The position numbers were made by a program, and so were the translations under genes. A model generated the notes under the pieces. That model made no database searches, was not told the origin of the DNA, and saw only the letters and a program-made list of their open reading frames with translations. A stretch of 64,000 bases of DNA from a virus (taxonomy: Duplodnaviria > Caudoviricetes): the IMG/VR virus record IMGVR_UViG_3300031998_000010, one strand, 5' to 3'. The first letter of the stretch is position 1, and each line of letters begins with the position of its first letter. Positions 47,248 through 56,065 of the stretch are shown here, one piece after another.

Positions 47248-47419
47248 AATTGATATAGATATGCCAAGTTGTTGCATAGATTGTCCTATTTATGATAATG
47301 AATTCGGCCAGTGTAATTTAATACCTGATAGTTGTTTTTATAACAAAGATACAGGTGAAGAACTTTACGACCCATTTGAAGAAAGAAATAAAGACTGTCC
47401 GCTTAAAGAGAGAAAGTAA
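47240..47419 (+). CDS. Small Cys-rich protein (59 aa, not in ORF track)
   Basis: MIEIDIDMPSCCIDCP...DCPLKE. Confidence 0.6.
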   Translation: MIEIDIDMPSCCIDCPIYDNEFGQCNLIPDSCFYNKDTGEELYDPFEERNKDCPLKERK

Positions 47420-47514
47420 ATATGGAGTTGATTATTGCAATTTGTATGATTATTATGATAATGATGTTACTGTTTGTAAGATAGTATAATTTTACAGAGG
47501 AGAATAAGTCGATT

Positions 47515-47697
47515 ATGAGCTGCATAAAGATTACTAGATTCGAATGGCTAAATCCGCAACAGATTACTTCGGTGTACTACTACGAAAATAACCACTTAGA
47601 AATTAGATTAGCAGACAAGCAATGCTATTCATTTTACGACGAAGCTGCTGTCGAAAAATTCAACCTGCTGAAAGAACATGGAATCATATATGAATAG
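47515..47697 (+). CDS. Hypothetical protein
   Basis: GAGGAG RBS. Confidence 0.55.
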   Translation: MSCIKITRFEWLNPQQITSVYYYENNHLEIRLADKQCYSFYDEAAVEKFNLLKEHGIIYE

Positions 47698-47705
47698 GAG
47701 GCTAT

Positions 47706-47912
47706 ATGACGTTAGACGAAGTTATTTCCTTGATTGAAACTGAACGAGAATGTGTACTTAGACAAGATACACCAAAATGTCAACGATATGAACATGAAGG
47801 CTGTCTAAGATGTGATTTATGTAAAGATACTGAAGATGTTATTGAAGCATACAATAAAACAATCCTTATATTAAGAGATTACCAAAAAATAAAGGAGAGT
47901 TTAGATGATTGA
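47706..47912 (+). CDS. Hypothetical protein
   Basis: AGGAGG RBS; C....C..C motif. Confidence 0.6.
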   Translation: MTLDEVISLIETERECVLRQDTPKCQRYEHEGCLRCDLCKDTEDVIEAYNKTILILRDYQKIKESLDD

Positions 47913-48501
47913 AATGAAAATACCTAAGATTGTAATCACGGGAGGACCTTGTGCAGGAAAGTCATCTGCAATGCCGAGAATACAAGAAGAATTAGGAAAG
48001 CTCGGCTACAAAGTACTTATTGTATCCGAGTCTGCTACTGATTTCTTGACACATGGGGCACAATACAGTGACCCGAAGTTTCAAAGATACTTGATTGAAT
48101 ATCAACTTGAAAAAGAAAGAATCTGCGAAGATTTTGCTAGACATCAAGAAGGTAAAACAGTTATCATTCTAGATAGAGGTTGTCTAGATTGTAAAGCGTA
48201 TATGGCATTAGACGAGTGGTCAGAGACATTAAGAGAACTCCATACTAACGAGATAGAAATTAGAGATAGTTATTATGCAGTATTTCATCTTATGTCAACA
48301 GCCAAAAGTAGTGACCTGATATACACCCAAGAAAATAATGCTGCTAGATTTGAATCTAGCGAAGAAGCAGCAATAGCCGCAGATGACGCAGTATACAATG
48401 TATGGGCATCACATCCTCGAAGGGTTGTCATTGATAATTACTCAAATTTTGAGGATAAAGTTAATAAGCTTATTGGTGAGATATTAAACATTATTGAGTA
48501 A
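47905..48501 (+). CDS. P-loop kinase-like protein (AAA_28/NadR-Ttd14-like)
   Basis: KIVITGGPCAGKSS, ESAT, ILDRG.LD..AY, NNAARFE, W..HP. Confidence 0.8.
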   Translation: MIEMKIPKIVITGGPCAGKSSAMPRIQEELGKLGYKVLIVSESATDFLTHGAQYSDPKFQRYLIEYQLEKERICEDFARHQEGKTVIILDRGCLDCKAYMALDEWSETLRELHTNEIEIRDSYYAVFHLMSTAKSSDLIYTQENNAARFESSEEAAIAADDAVYNVWASHPRRVVIDNYSNFEDKVNKLIGEILNIIE

Positions 48502-48530
48502 ATTGAGCTACATTAAATCTCGTAAGTAAG

Positions 48531-48557
48531 AACCTCCGATGTATTAAGTCGGAGGTT
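48531..48557. terminator. Bidirectional terminator
   Basis: AACCTCCGA/TCGGAGGTT between convergent genes. Confidence 0.75.
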
Positions 48558-48564
48558 TAATTTA

Positions 48565-49398
48565 TTAAGATTTCTCATCAGAATGTTTCCACAAATTCTG
48601 AAGGTATTCATTGTATAATTCTTCTCGAGTTACAATGTTTTTAGGGTCTTCTAAGAATTCTTTCATATACTGAAGTGAATACATATGCATCGGCTGTTTT
48701 GTTGGGTCTTTTTCATAGTCTGATTGAAGAGATTCCAAATATTTAATGAGTTCATCAGCTGTTTCTTTATCAATTCGCTTAGTGCTCATCTTAGGATGTG
48801 TATTGAAACCCTTGTTGATGTAATCATTAATATCATCTATATTAAGCCTTTTGATATTTGATTTTTTGAGAGCTTCTAGTGTTTTAGATTGCATCTCATC
48901 TTCTGTATAATCAGATGACTCAAATTCACTAATTAGAGGAGTAATGACTGTTTCAAAGATGTATGCCAATGTTCGATTCTTGATAAAATCTTTGTTTTTC
49001 ATTGAATCTAAGATAATATTATCAAAGTCAAAAGCTTCATTAGCATCAAATCTTCCTGTTAAATCTCCGCTACTCTTAGCAATTTCTTTTCTAATATCCC
49101 CTACATTATGCAATTTTCTGTGAGTATTCGGCTCTATTATCAAGATATTTTCGGGCCTATGGTCTTTTGGTCTTCCATTTATATGATGAAACCAGAAACC
49201 ATATTCACTATTATCTCCTGTAATTTTCTTCCACTCTAATATAGCATCTCTTATTGCATTAAAGATATGCTTATCTGTAAGGTCCGGAAAGTACTGTCGC
49301 ATGCAAGTGGTCAATACATCTCGAGGCTTTGTAGACGCAATAATACTCTTGCTGCATCTAATATAATTGGAATTATTGTTATGTATTAATAATTTCAT
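48565..49398 (-). CDS. HNH-motif protein with leader ending IIAS
   Basis: FHHINGRPKDHRPENILIIEPNTHRKLH; start revised to MKLLIH. Confidence 0.7.
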   Translation of the reverse strand: MKLLIHNNNSNYIRCSKSIIASTKPRDVLTTCMRQYFPDLTDKHIFNAIRDAILEWKKITGDNSEYGFWFHHINGRPKDHRPENILIIEPNTHRKLHNVGDIRKEIAKSSGDLTGRFDANEAFDFDNIILDSMKNKDFIKNRTLAYIFETVITPLISEFESSDYTEDEMQSKTLEALKKSNIKRLNIDDINDYINKGFNTHPKMSTKRIDKETADELIKYLESLQSDYEKDPTKQPMHMYSLQYMKEFLEDPKNIVTREELYNEYLQNLWKHSDEKS

Positions 49399-49399
49399 T

Positions 49400-50254
49400 T
49401 CAGTTCCAGAACCCCTTGGGCAATGTTCTTCCTGTAGACTCAAATAGATATTCAACTTCTTCTTTATCATCGGAATCATATTTGCCAAAATCGGGAGATA
49501 TCTTAGGGAAGCTATACCATACAATATCATATAAATCATCATATTGATTAGCTTTATCACGACAGTTATTTAGTGTTTCACTAATAGTACCAGCAAGAAT
49601 ATCTCCATCATCAACGCACACTACAAATATATCATCATCTATAAAACCGTAGTATCCGTCATCAATCCATTTATTGAGTTGAGATAATATCTCTGCTCTG
49701 TATTGCTTATTAGTAAAATGTGGTTTCTTCTTAGGGGTTCCAGTTAAGGTTTTCACTTTTGTGCAGCTTATGATATCCGATGGATTTAACACAATGATAC
49801 CCTGACCATTTGATTCTGCAGAGTCACTGTATCTTACAACTATATCAGGATTACCTACTTTTTCAACAATATATCTAATACAATCCTTAGCCTGTATTGG
49901 CATCGGCAGCTCTTCACGCAGTGTTTGGTAGTCAACATCTATACCAAAACCCTCCGTTAATATTGTTTTAACGCTATTAGGGGTGGTCCAGCTCTGACCT
50001 AAACTACCTGAAATCATGTTAGAATATTGGACTGAGGGTGAAATACTGATTTTATATATGTCGTAGTTAACTTTAGGATTTCTCTCTGCAATCAGCTGCT
50101 CTGCTTTTTCTAGCCCATAGCAATGCAATGCTAATTCCCCTACAGCATCTGTTCCCAGTACATACCAATACATTGCTATTGGGTCTTCAACATGTGACGG
50201 AACTGCAATATACCAATCTTCTGAGAATGTTGATGCTTTTACATATATCTTCAT
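49400..50254 (-). CDS. MKIYVKAS-leader protein, paralog of 50686..51147 (putative ADP-ribosyltransferase fold)
   Basis: Shared HC...A, DIY.I, SN.IS, WT, VG.P..V.Y...E....I.L..S.I motifs. Confidence 0.55.
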   Translation of the reverse strand: MKIYVKASTFSEDWYIAVPSHVEDPIAMYWYVLGTDAVGELALHCYGLEKAEQLIAERNPKVNYDIYKISISPSVQYSNMISGSLGQSWTTPNSVKTILTEGFGIDVDYQTLREELPMPIQAKDCIRYIVEKVGNPDIVVRYSDSAESNGQGIIVLNPSDIISCTKVKTLTGTPKKKPHFTNKQYRAEILSQLNKWIDDGYYGFIDDDIFVVCVDDGDILAGTISETLNNCRDKANQYDDLYDIVWYSFPKISPDFGKYDSDDKEEVEYLFESTGRTLPKGFWN

Positions 50255-50652
50255 ATTCGAGCCCTCCTTAAATCATTGCTCAATGTGTTATCTGAAACTT
50301 GTCCTAATTTTCTTATCTTACCATCGCCGAACTTAAACGAACCGTCGTCATAACAAGTTAATTCAAAAGTATATATCCCAGTAACTCCATGAAATTTTGG
50401 CGAAGTATATGGAATACTATATATTCGACAATCATCTTGAGATTCTATTATATGAATAATTTTATCTTCAGGTTCATAGTTTTGTGTTCTACCTAATTCA
50501 TTTCGGCTAGAAGGTGCCGAAAATAGCTTACCATTGAATGTTTTGATATTCATAAGCTGCTGAATAGTATCAGTATCTCTAGTATCGACTTCAGATAAAT
50601 ATTCTTGTATTGTAGGAATTCTAGATTCAGATGCTTTTACATATATCTTCAT
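50251..50652 (-). CDS. MKIYVKAS-leader protein
   Basis: Leader motif, AAAGGAG RBS. Confidence 0.65.
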   Translation of the reverse strand: MKIYVKASESRIPTIQEYLSEVDTRDTDTIQQLMNIKTFNGKLFSAPSSRNELGRTQNYEPEDKIIHIIESQDDCRIYSIPYTSPKFHGVTGIYTFELTCYDDGSFKFGDGKIRKLGQVSDNTLSNDLRRARI

Positions 50653-50685
50653 AATGTTCTATCTCCTTTTGTGTTACCGGATACT

Positions 50686-51147
50686 TTACACTTTTTCTAC
50701 AGATTTAATAATTGATTTATCTAATATGATAATGTCTTCTTCATTTAATTCTATTTCGTTATTATATTTAACAACAGCAGGGCTTCCTACTTCATTAATG
50801 ATATAATCTGCTGCAGTTTCTTTTGTCCATATTTTATCTCGTAAATCTTTAATTATTTGTGCCCTAGAAATGCTGATATCAAATCCAACATTAAGAATTT
50901 CATCAAGGCATTCAACAGAAGTCCATTCTTCAAAATCAGATATAGGATTAGAAAATTTAACTCCAGGATTAAGCTTTATTTCGTAGATATCGCAATCTCT
51001 ATTTTCTGCAAAATATTGAGCCTGCCCTAAACTTCCGCAATGTATTCCTAATTCATACCACCGAAATGATAGAGGGTCTTTACCTTTAGGTACTGCTCTG
51101 TAATATGTAATAGAAGGAACTTCAGTAGCTTTTACATATATCTTCAT
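50686..51147 (-). CDS. MKIYVKAT-leader protein, putative ADP-ribosyltransferase fold
   Basis: YYRA...GIHCGS..QA...IYEIKL...KYNNEIE...IIILD..IIKS. Confidence 0.55.
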   Translation of the reverse strand: MKIYVKATEVPSITYYRAVPKGKDPLSFRWYELGIHCGSLGQAQYFAENRDCDIYEIKLNPGVKFSNPISDFEEWTSVECLDEILNVGFDISISRAQIIKDLRDKIWTKETAADYIINEVGSPAVVKYNNEIELNEEDIIILDKSIIKSVEKV

Positions 51148-51187
51148 AAAACTATTCTCCTTCAAAAATAAATATCACTATAACAGA

Positions 51188-51233
51188 TAAAAGGTTATCT
51201 CACTATTCATAACGATTTTATAAAATCGTTATG
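51188..51233. promoter_or_regulatory. Divergent promoter: motif B plus a perfect 26-bp palindrome of two motif-A copies
   Basis: CATAACGATTTTA|TAAAATCGTTATG at 51208-51233. Confidence 0.65.
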
Positions 51234-51261
51234 TTATGTATCAGACTAAAGGAGGTTATGT

Positions 51262-51723
51262 ATGATTAAAGAAATAACAGAAATACCGAAGCCAGATGTA
51301 TCACCTAAGAATGATAAGCCAGTAGGTTTTTATCGTGAAATTCTCAATAAAGATATCACAGAAGCATTCGATAATAAGATTGCTAAGTTTGAGTTAGTTG
51401 GGTATGATGCAAAGCCGGATTATCTTATTCAGGCTGCAAGAGCTGAAGCATACAATGTATGTAATGAAAAGATATATAAACCAGCTAAGGAGTATGTTAA
51501 GAGAAAACTCAGTAAAGAATATGATAAATCTCATATCAGGTGCTTAACACCTAGAAAGTATTCGCCAAATCATATTATTCGCTTACATGGAGTAACACTC
51601 AAAGACGGAATCAAGCACATGTATTGTGAAATTGATTTCAAAGCAGCAAGAAATTTCAAAAAAGAATTACTTGAAGATAGCAGAGAAAGGACTGAAGATT
51701 TTATACAAAGAGGAGATAAATAA
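51262..51723 (+). CDS. Hypothetical protein
   Basis: AAAGGAGG RBS. Confidence 0.65.
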   Translation: MIKEITEIPKPDVSPKNDKPVGFYREILNKDITEAFDNKIAKFELVGYDAKPDYLIQAARAEAYNVCNEKIYKPAKEYVKRKLSKEYDKSHIRCLTPRKYSPNHIIRLHGVTLKDGIKHMYCEIDFKAARNFKKELLEDSRERTEDFIQRGDK

Positions 51724-51725
51724 GA

Positions 51726-52010
51726 ATGGCAGATAATGAAAATTATAGCACTGAAGAACTCACTCAATATCTTGCAGAAACTCAACAGGGTTTATTGGAT
51801 GCTAGTAAAATTATTGCAAGAATTATTAATGTTTTATGCACACAGGGTGTAATAGATGACACTGATAAAGCATACATATTAGGTAAGATGACTGAAGAAG
51901 ATTACATCAAACATTACAAAGAGTCGCACGATTTGGCAAACATGATGCGACAGATGTTTAATTTTCCGATGCCAACAGAGAAACCTGATGATACAGAAGA
52001 AGGGAGATAA
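51726..52010 (+). CDS. Hypothetical protein
   Basis: GAGGAG RBS. Confidence 0.6.
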   Translation: MADNENYSTEELTQYLAETQQGLLDASKIIARIINVLCTQGVIDDTDKAYILGKMTEEDYIKHYKESHDLANMMRQMFNFPMPTEKPDDTEEGR

Positions 52011-52013
52011 CTG

Positions 52014-52433
52014 ATGAGCGGATTAAGAAAACTTCAATGTGATAACTGCGGTGGAGTAATTGACGGTGTGACGCTTACTTGTCAGTCTTGTGGCATGCAA
52101 TACATGCTAAAAGAAGATATGACACTATGTAAAATGGTTACTTCAAATCTACAGTGGTCAACAATTGGCTGCTGTGTAGCCGTACCTTCTTATGTGTTAT
52201 TTGATATTGGCAAAGAACAGGCAGCTGAAATGACATTACAGCAGATATCAAAAACATTAGCTACTAAACTTCTACCTTTCATGGAATTTCAATCTTCATT
52301 TGACCCTAAACATAATGACATAGTAACTTATGGAAGAATTAGAGTAGCAGAACCAATTGTTAATAGATATGGGCGAGTTCAAATGACAATGCCTGATATA
52401 TCAGATAGCGTATTTCATTGGAATGAGTTATAA
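52014..52433 (+). CDS. Zn-ribbon protein
   Basis: CDNCGG...CQSCG. Confidence 0.6.
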   Translation: MSGLRKLQCDNCGGVIDGVTLTCQSCGMQYMLKEDMTLCKMVTSNLQWSTIGCCVAVPSYVLFDIGKEQAAEMTLQQISKTLATKLLPFMEFQSSFDPKHNDIVTYGRIRVAEPIVNRYGRVQMTMPDISDSVFHWNEL

Positions 52434-52443
52434 TTCAAAATAA

Positions 52444-52465
52444 ACCTCCGATTAATTTCGGAGGT
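52444..52465. terminator. Bidirectional terminator
   Basis: ACCTCCGA/TCGGAGGT between convergent genes. Confidence 0.7.
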
Positions 52466-52475
52466 CTTCTATGTT

Positions 52476-54338
52476 TCATGTTGATTTCCAATCCCAAGTT
52501 ATTGTACCAGAGTCAAATACTTGTATGCACTTGTGTAAATCTACCATCTGCTGTGTTACTTCGCTAGCTTCAATAGCCTGATTATCAGAATTTCTTATCC
52601 ACACACCCTGTTCATCATTGATAGAGACTTCTTTGAATCCCAATGTATAATACAGCTTGCTACTAGCATAAGCCCTATCTGAAGTTGTTATAATATCAGT
52701 AGGACTGTATTCAGAGATAAACTGCTTAAATAATTTGGAAGCACCTCCAACTACGCAAGTATTAAGCTTACTTGCTAACCTAGTTATTTCATATCTATCT
52801 GTATGCTTAATTGCAATTACTTGAATTAGCTCATCCTGATTATAAAGTCCGTAGTGTATGTTGGAATCGCTATATCCTTTAAGATGATTATTCTCTAAAA
52901 ACTTCTTAGCTTCTTCTGAAGACACTTTACAACACTTACACTTACTGGCATGTATCTTATCACTACAACCCAAAATGTTTCGCAACATAGATGTGATAAT
53001 GTTTTTCTTATGAGCCCACTCATATCCGAATATATGAAATAGATGTATTCCTGAAGCTTCACATAAGTCTGTTTTCATTTTATGATAAGTTGAAGGTAGA
53101 GGAGTATCTCCATATGCAGTATATGTAGAATTATGAGTACCCGTAGGATTCATCTCAATTGCTACATTGTACTCAGGTAGATACACATCAAGCTCATAGG
53201 GACTGATAAGAAATCTATTATGTTGTTGAATCTCTAAATCAGGCTTGATATCTTTCAGTATAGCTATGAGCTCTTCTTCAAAATAAGAAAATACTTTATG
53301 TTCAACTAAATCTAGTTTATCTTCATTAGTTAAGAATACTTCAATAGAATGTTCACTAACACCCAATGTAACTTTCAGTTCAGCTATATTGGGTTTATGG
53401 TCAAAATGAGCAGAAATAAAATCTTCAGGGTCACTTAGAAACTGTTTATAATTTTCAGATTTGCTTGGGTCAACCATAATAGATTCACGATGGTTCCAGG
53501 AAGCAGTATAAGAATTAGCTCCATATTTATTTTGGTTAGTTTGTATTAGTTTTGCTTTGACTTTTTGAGACTGAATGGGATGCTCTACACCATATTTTTG
53601 CTTTGATGTTTGTTTAATCTTGCTTTTTATCTTTTCACTTTGAAATACATTATCGACACCATATCGGTCTCGCACAGTATCAATTCGCTTAGCAATAACT
53701 TGAGGAGACTGCAAATGATATCTAACACCATACTTCCTTCTAACAGTATTCGCGTATTTTTTAATGTAGTCATCAGTTTGAGTATACCACTCAACTCCAT
53801 ATTTCTGTTTATTAGTCTCTTTTATCTTATCAATAACTCCAGGAATCTGAAAAGGGTTCTCAACACCTTCGCCATATTTAGCTTGAAGATTTTCTTTCTG
53901 ATGCTGTATAGCAGCTGCTTTATCTGTATGTTGTTGAGCTAAGATATAACGACATTCATCAGAACAAGTTTTATTAGGCTCACGATGAGGGTCATATTCA
54001 AACTGCTTACCGCATAATTCGCAAGTACTGTAATGAGGACCTTCGCAATATTCTTCTCTAATATATCTAGGATGAAACTCTTTTCCGCAACATTTGCACT
54101 TCTTAGTCAACTTACTCCCAGATTCAACTTGACGACGTTTTATTAATTCAACACCACATGCATCACTACAAGTTTTCTTCTGAGGCACTGTAGAACACAC
54201 TCTATCCATTAAATTTCCGCATATTACACAAGGAACTTTAATCGGCCTGTTGCAATTCATCTGACGAGTAGACGTAGGATGAAATGATTGCCCACATACT
54301 TGACATATCTTTGTATAATCAGGACTAAGTTTACTCAT
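52476..54338 (-). CDS. Putative free-standing homing endonuclease (Zn fingers, KYGV repeats, PD-(D/E)xK-like core, GNAT/Mom-like tail)
   Basis: Multiple CxxCG...CS..C; (K/R)YG(V/E/A) repeats; YELDVYLPEYNVAIE; FLENNH..G, EITRLAS...VVGGASKL. Confidence 0.65.
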   Translation of the reverse strand: MSKLSPDYTKICQVCGQSFHPTSTRQMNCNRPIKVPCVICGNLMDRVCSTVPQKKTCSDACGVELIKRRQVESGSKLTKKCKCCGKEFHPRYIREEYCEGPHYSTCELCGKQFEYDPHREPNKTCSDECRYILAQQHTDKAAAIQHQKENLQAKYGEGVENPFQIPGVIDKIKETNKQKYGVEWYTQTDDYIKKYANTVRRKYGVRYHLQSPQVIAKRIDTVRDRYGVDNVFQSEKIKSKIKQTSKQKYGVEHPIQSQKVKAKLIQTNQNKYGANSYTASWNHRESIMVDPSKSENYKQFLSDPEDFISAHFDHKPNIAELKVTLGVSEHSIEVFLTNEDKLDLVEHKVFSYFEEELIAILKDIKPDLEIQQHNRFLISPYELDVYLPEYNVAIEMNPTGTHNSTYTAYGDTPLPSTYHKMKTDLCEASGIHLFHIFGYEWAHKKNIITSMLRNILGCSDKIHASKCKCCKVSSEEAKKFLENNHLKGYSDSNIHYGLYNQDELIQVIAIKHTDRYEITRLASKLNTCVVGGASKLFKQFISEYSPTDIITTSDRAYASSKLYYTLGFKEVSINDEQGVWIRNSDNQAIEASEVTQQMVDLHKCIQVFDSGTITWDWKST

Positions 54339-54440
54339 GATTAACACCTCCTATATCTATATTATAGTATAGAATGGTGCAAAAATAAATGGTATATTTA
54401 TAAACTCAGCGTTATTTGGTTAAATTCAAACAAAATAAAA

Positions 54441-54462
54441 CAGCCTCGATTTCTCGAGGCTG
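54441..54462 (-). terminator. Terminator of the major capsid gene
   Basis: CAGCCTCGA/TCGAGGCTG then TTTTATTTT. Confidence 0.8.
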
Positions 54463-54542
54463 CAATATTTGAAGTGAAATTAGATTTAGTATTTTATCAA
54501 GGCGCAAGTGGTCAATTTGTACCTTGTTAGGTTTGAGGTTTA

Positions 54543-56024
54543 TCAGAAAGCTCCGAGAACCTTGCCGGATACTACGGTTTGAGGATTGATTACGGATGCG
54601 GCAAACATCGTGGCATAACCGCTCTGTACAGAAGCATTAGCGAGGCCAATATCATCTGTTTTCACCATTGGCATGTAAATTCCCAGGAGAGCACTATTAC
54701 GTCTGATGTCGTTGCTCTTAGAGCACATAACCCAAGTATTCGGGTCATAGTAAGGGTCAACGTAGATTGTATACTGGTCAAGTGTACCGAGCTTGTAAGG
54801 TCCAACTGTCTCTTCGTTGGATGCTGCACTGAATCCAGGAAGTCTAGAAACAAGAGAAGCTACCTTTGTACCAACTACGAGTCTGTTAGGTCTTGCAAGG
54901 TTTGTTGCCTGATATACGGAATTTGCTGCGTCATCAAGCTTGAACTTGAAGAGGTTAAGGAAATCCGAAGGCATAACTGCACCATTGAATGCAAGGCTTG
55001 CATCCCAGTTATACTGAGGAGCATATGTTGCGGCCTTAAGGAGTTCGTTGAAGCAATAGCTGTTGATTTCAGCTGTGAGCTCGGAGAAAGCAGCCTCCTT
55101 GGAAATCTCACCGATATTTGCACCATACTCTTGCTGAGCTGCAAATGCGGAGTAGATGGACCAATAAGAAGCAAGCTCATGAGCCTCGGCGATGAGGTTG
55201 ATTTCATCGAGCTGGAGGTAAACCTTACCCATCTTAGCGCCATAGTTACCAGCATCATCAGGACCAACTGTCTCGTTGTCATACTCATAAGAAGCAACGA
55301 TGGAGTCGCCTGTAAGTGTGCCGATAGCACCTGTTGCATAGTTGATTGTACCAGCAGCAGCACCGCCGCCTACAGGAACGATATTGCCTGCGCCGTCGTC
55401 AACATACCTTGTTGTTGTGCCACCTGTTGTAACTTCGAAGGAAACGGAACCAGGAAGGATAGGAGTATAAGCGATTGTTGCATTAGCAATTGTCTCATTC
55501 TTTACTACTCTTCCGGTGAAGTTTGCATCATAACCCTGACGGTTAACAAATGCAGAAGAAAGGATATCACCCTTATGTGTCTCACCCTTTGTATTCTCTG
55601 CAACTACCTTGAAGTAAGGGATAATCTGCTGACGAGACTTCATTGCAACAGAACCGAAAACGTCCTCAACGAGGAGCTTCTGAACGAAAATAGGAAGGAG
55701 CTCTACGAAATCGGGCTTAGCGATGATGTTGGAAGTATTTGTAGCAGCCGTAATAGAAGTAAGTCTACGTGTGTTGCTGATGAGCTGATTAGCAAAGATT
55801 CTCTGCTCAGGTGTGAGCTGAACGGAAGCTGCAACAGACTGTCTTGCAACAGGACGAGCCATTCTAGAACGACCAGCAGCCGTAATAGATGTACCTGCGT
55901 TGATGCTACGAGGAGCAGAATAACCAATTCTTGAAGCCGGACGAGCTACCGGTCTGTTCATTCTGCTAGAAGCCGTAACACGAGTAGAAGGAGTAACTCT
56001 ACGAGTTGTCTTTTTAATAGCCAT
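54543..56024 (-). CDS. Major capsid protein (T4 gp23-like) with ~93 aa basic propeptide
   Basis: DVFGSVAM, L.A.WSI.SA......YG, ELTAEIN, GPYKLGTL..YTIYVDPY, G.YMP; follows the protease gene; strong codon bias. Confidence 0.88.
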   Translation of the reverse strand: MAIKKTTRRVTPSTRVTASSRMNRPVARPASRIGYSAPRSINAGTSITAAGRSRMARPVARQSVAASVQLTPEQRIFANQLISNTRRLTSITAATNTSNIIAKPDFVELLPIFVQKLLVEDVFGSVAMKSRQQIIPYFKVVAENTKGETHKGDILSSAFVNRQGYDANFTGRVVKNETIANATIAYTPILPGSVSFEVTTGGTTTRYVDDGAGNIVPVGGGAAAGTINYATGAIGTLTGDSIVASYEYDNETVGPDDAGNYGAKMGKVYLQLDEINLIAEAHELASYWSIYSAFAAQQEYGANIGEISKEAAFSELTAEINSYCFNELLKAATYAPQYNWDASLAFNGAVMPSDFLNLFKFKLDDAANSVYQATNLARPNRLVVGTKVASLVSRLPGFSAASNEETVGPYKLGTLDQYTIYVDPYYDPNTWVMCSKSNDIRRNSALLGIYMPMVKTDDIGLANASVQSGYATMFAASVINPQTVVSGKVLGAF

Positions 56025-56065
56025 GTTAATTCTCCTAATGTTTAATAGCTTTAATATAGTTTAAA

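Noticed and set aside
54579-55934. 451-aa plus-strand ORF
   Set aside because: Antisense shadow of the capsid gene, explained by its strong codon bias; no RBS or recognisable motifs
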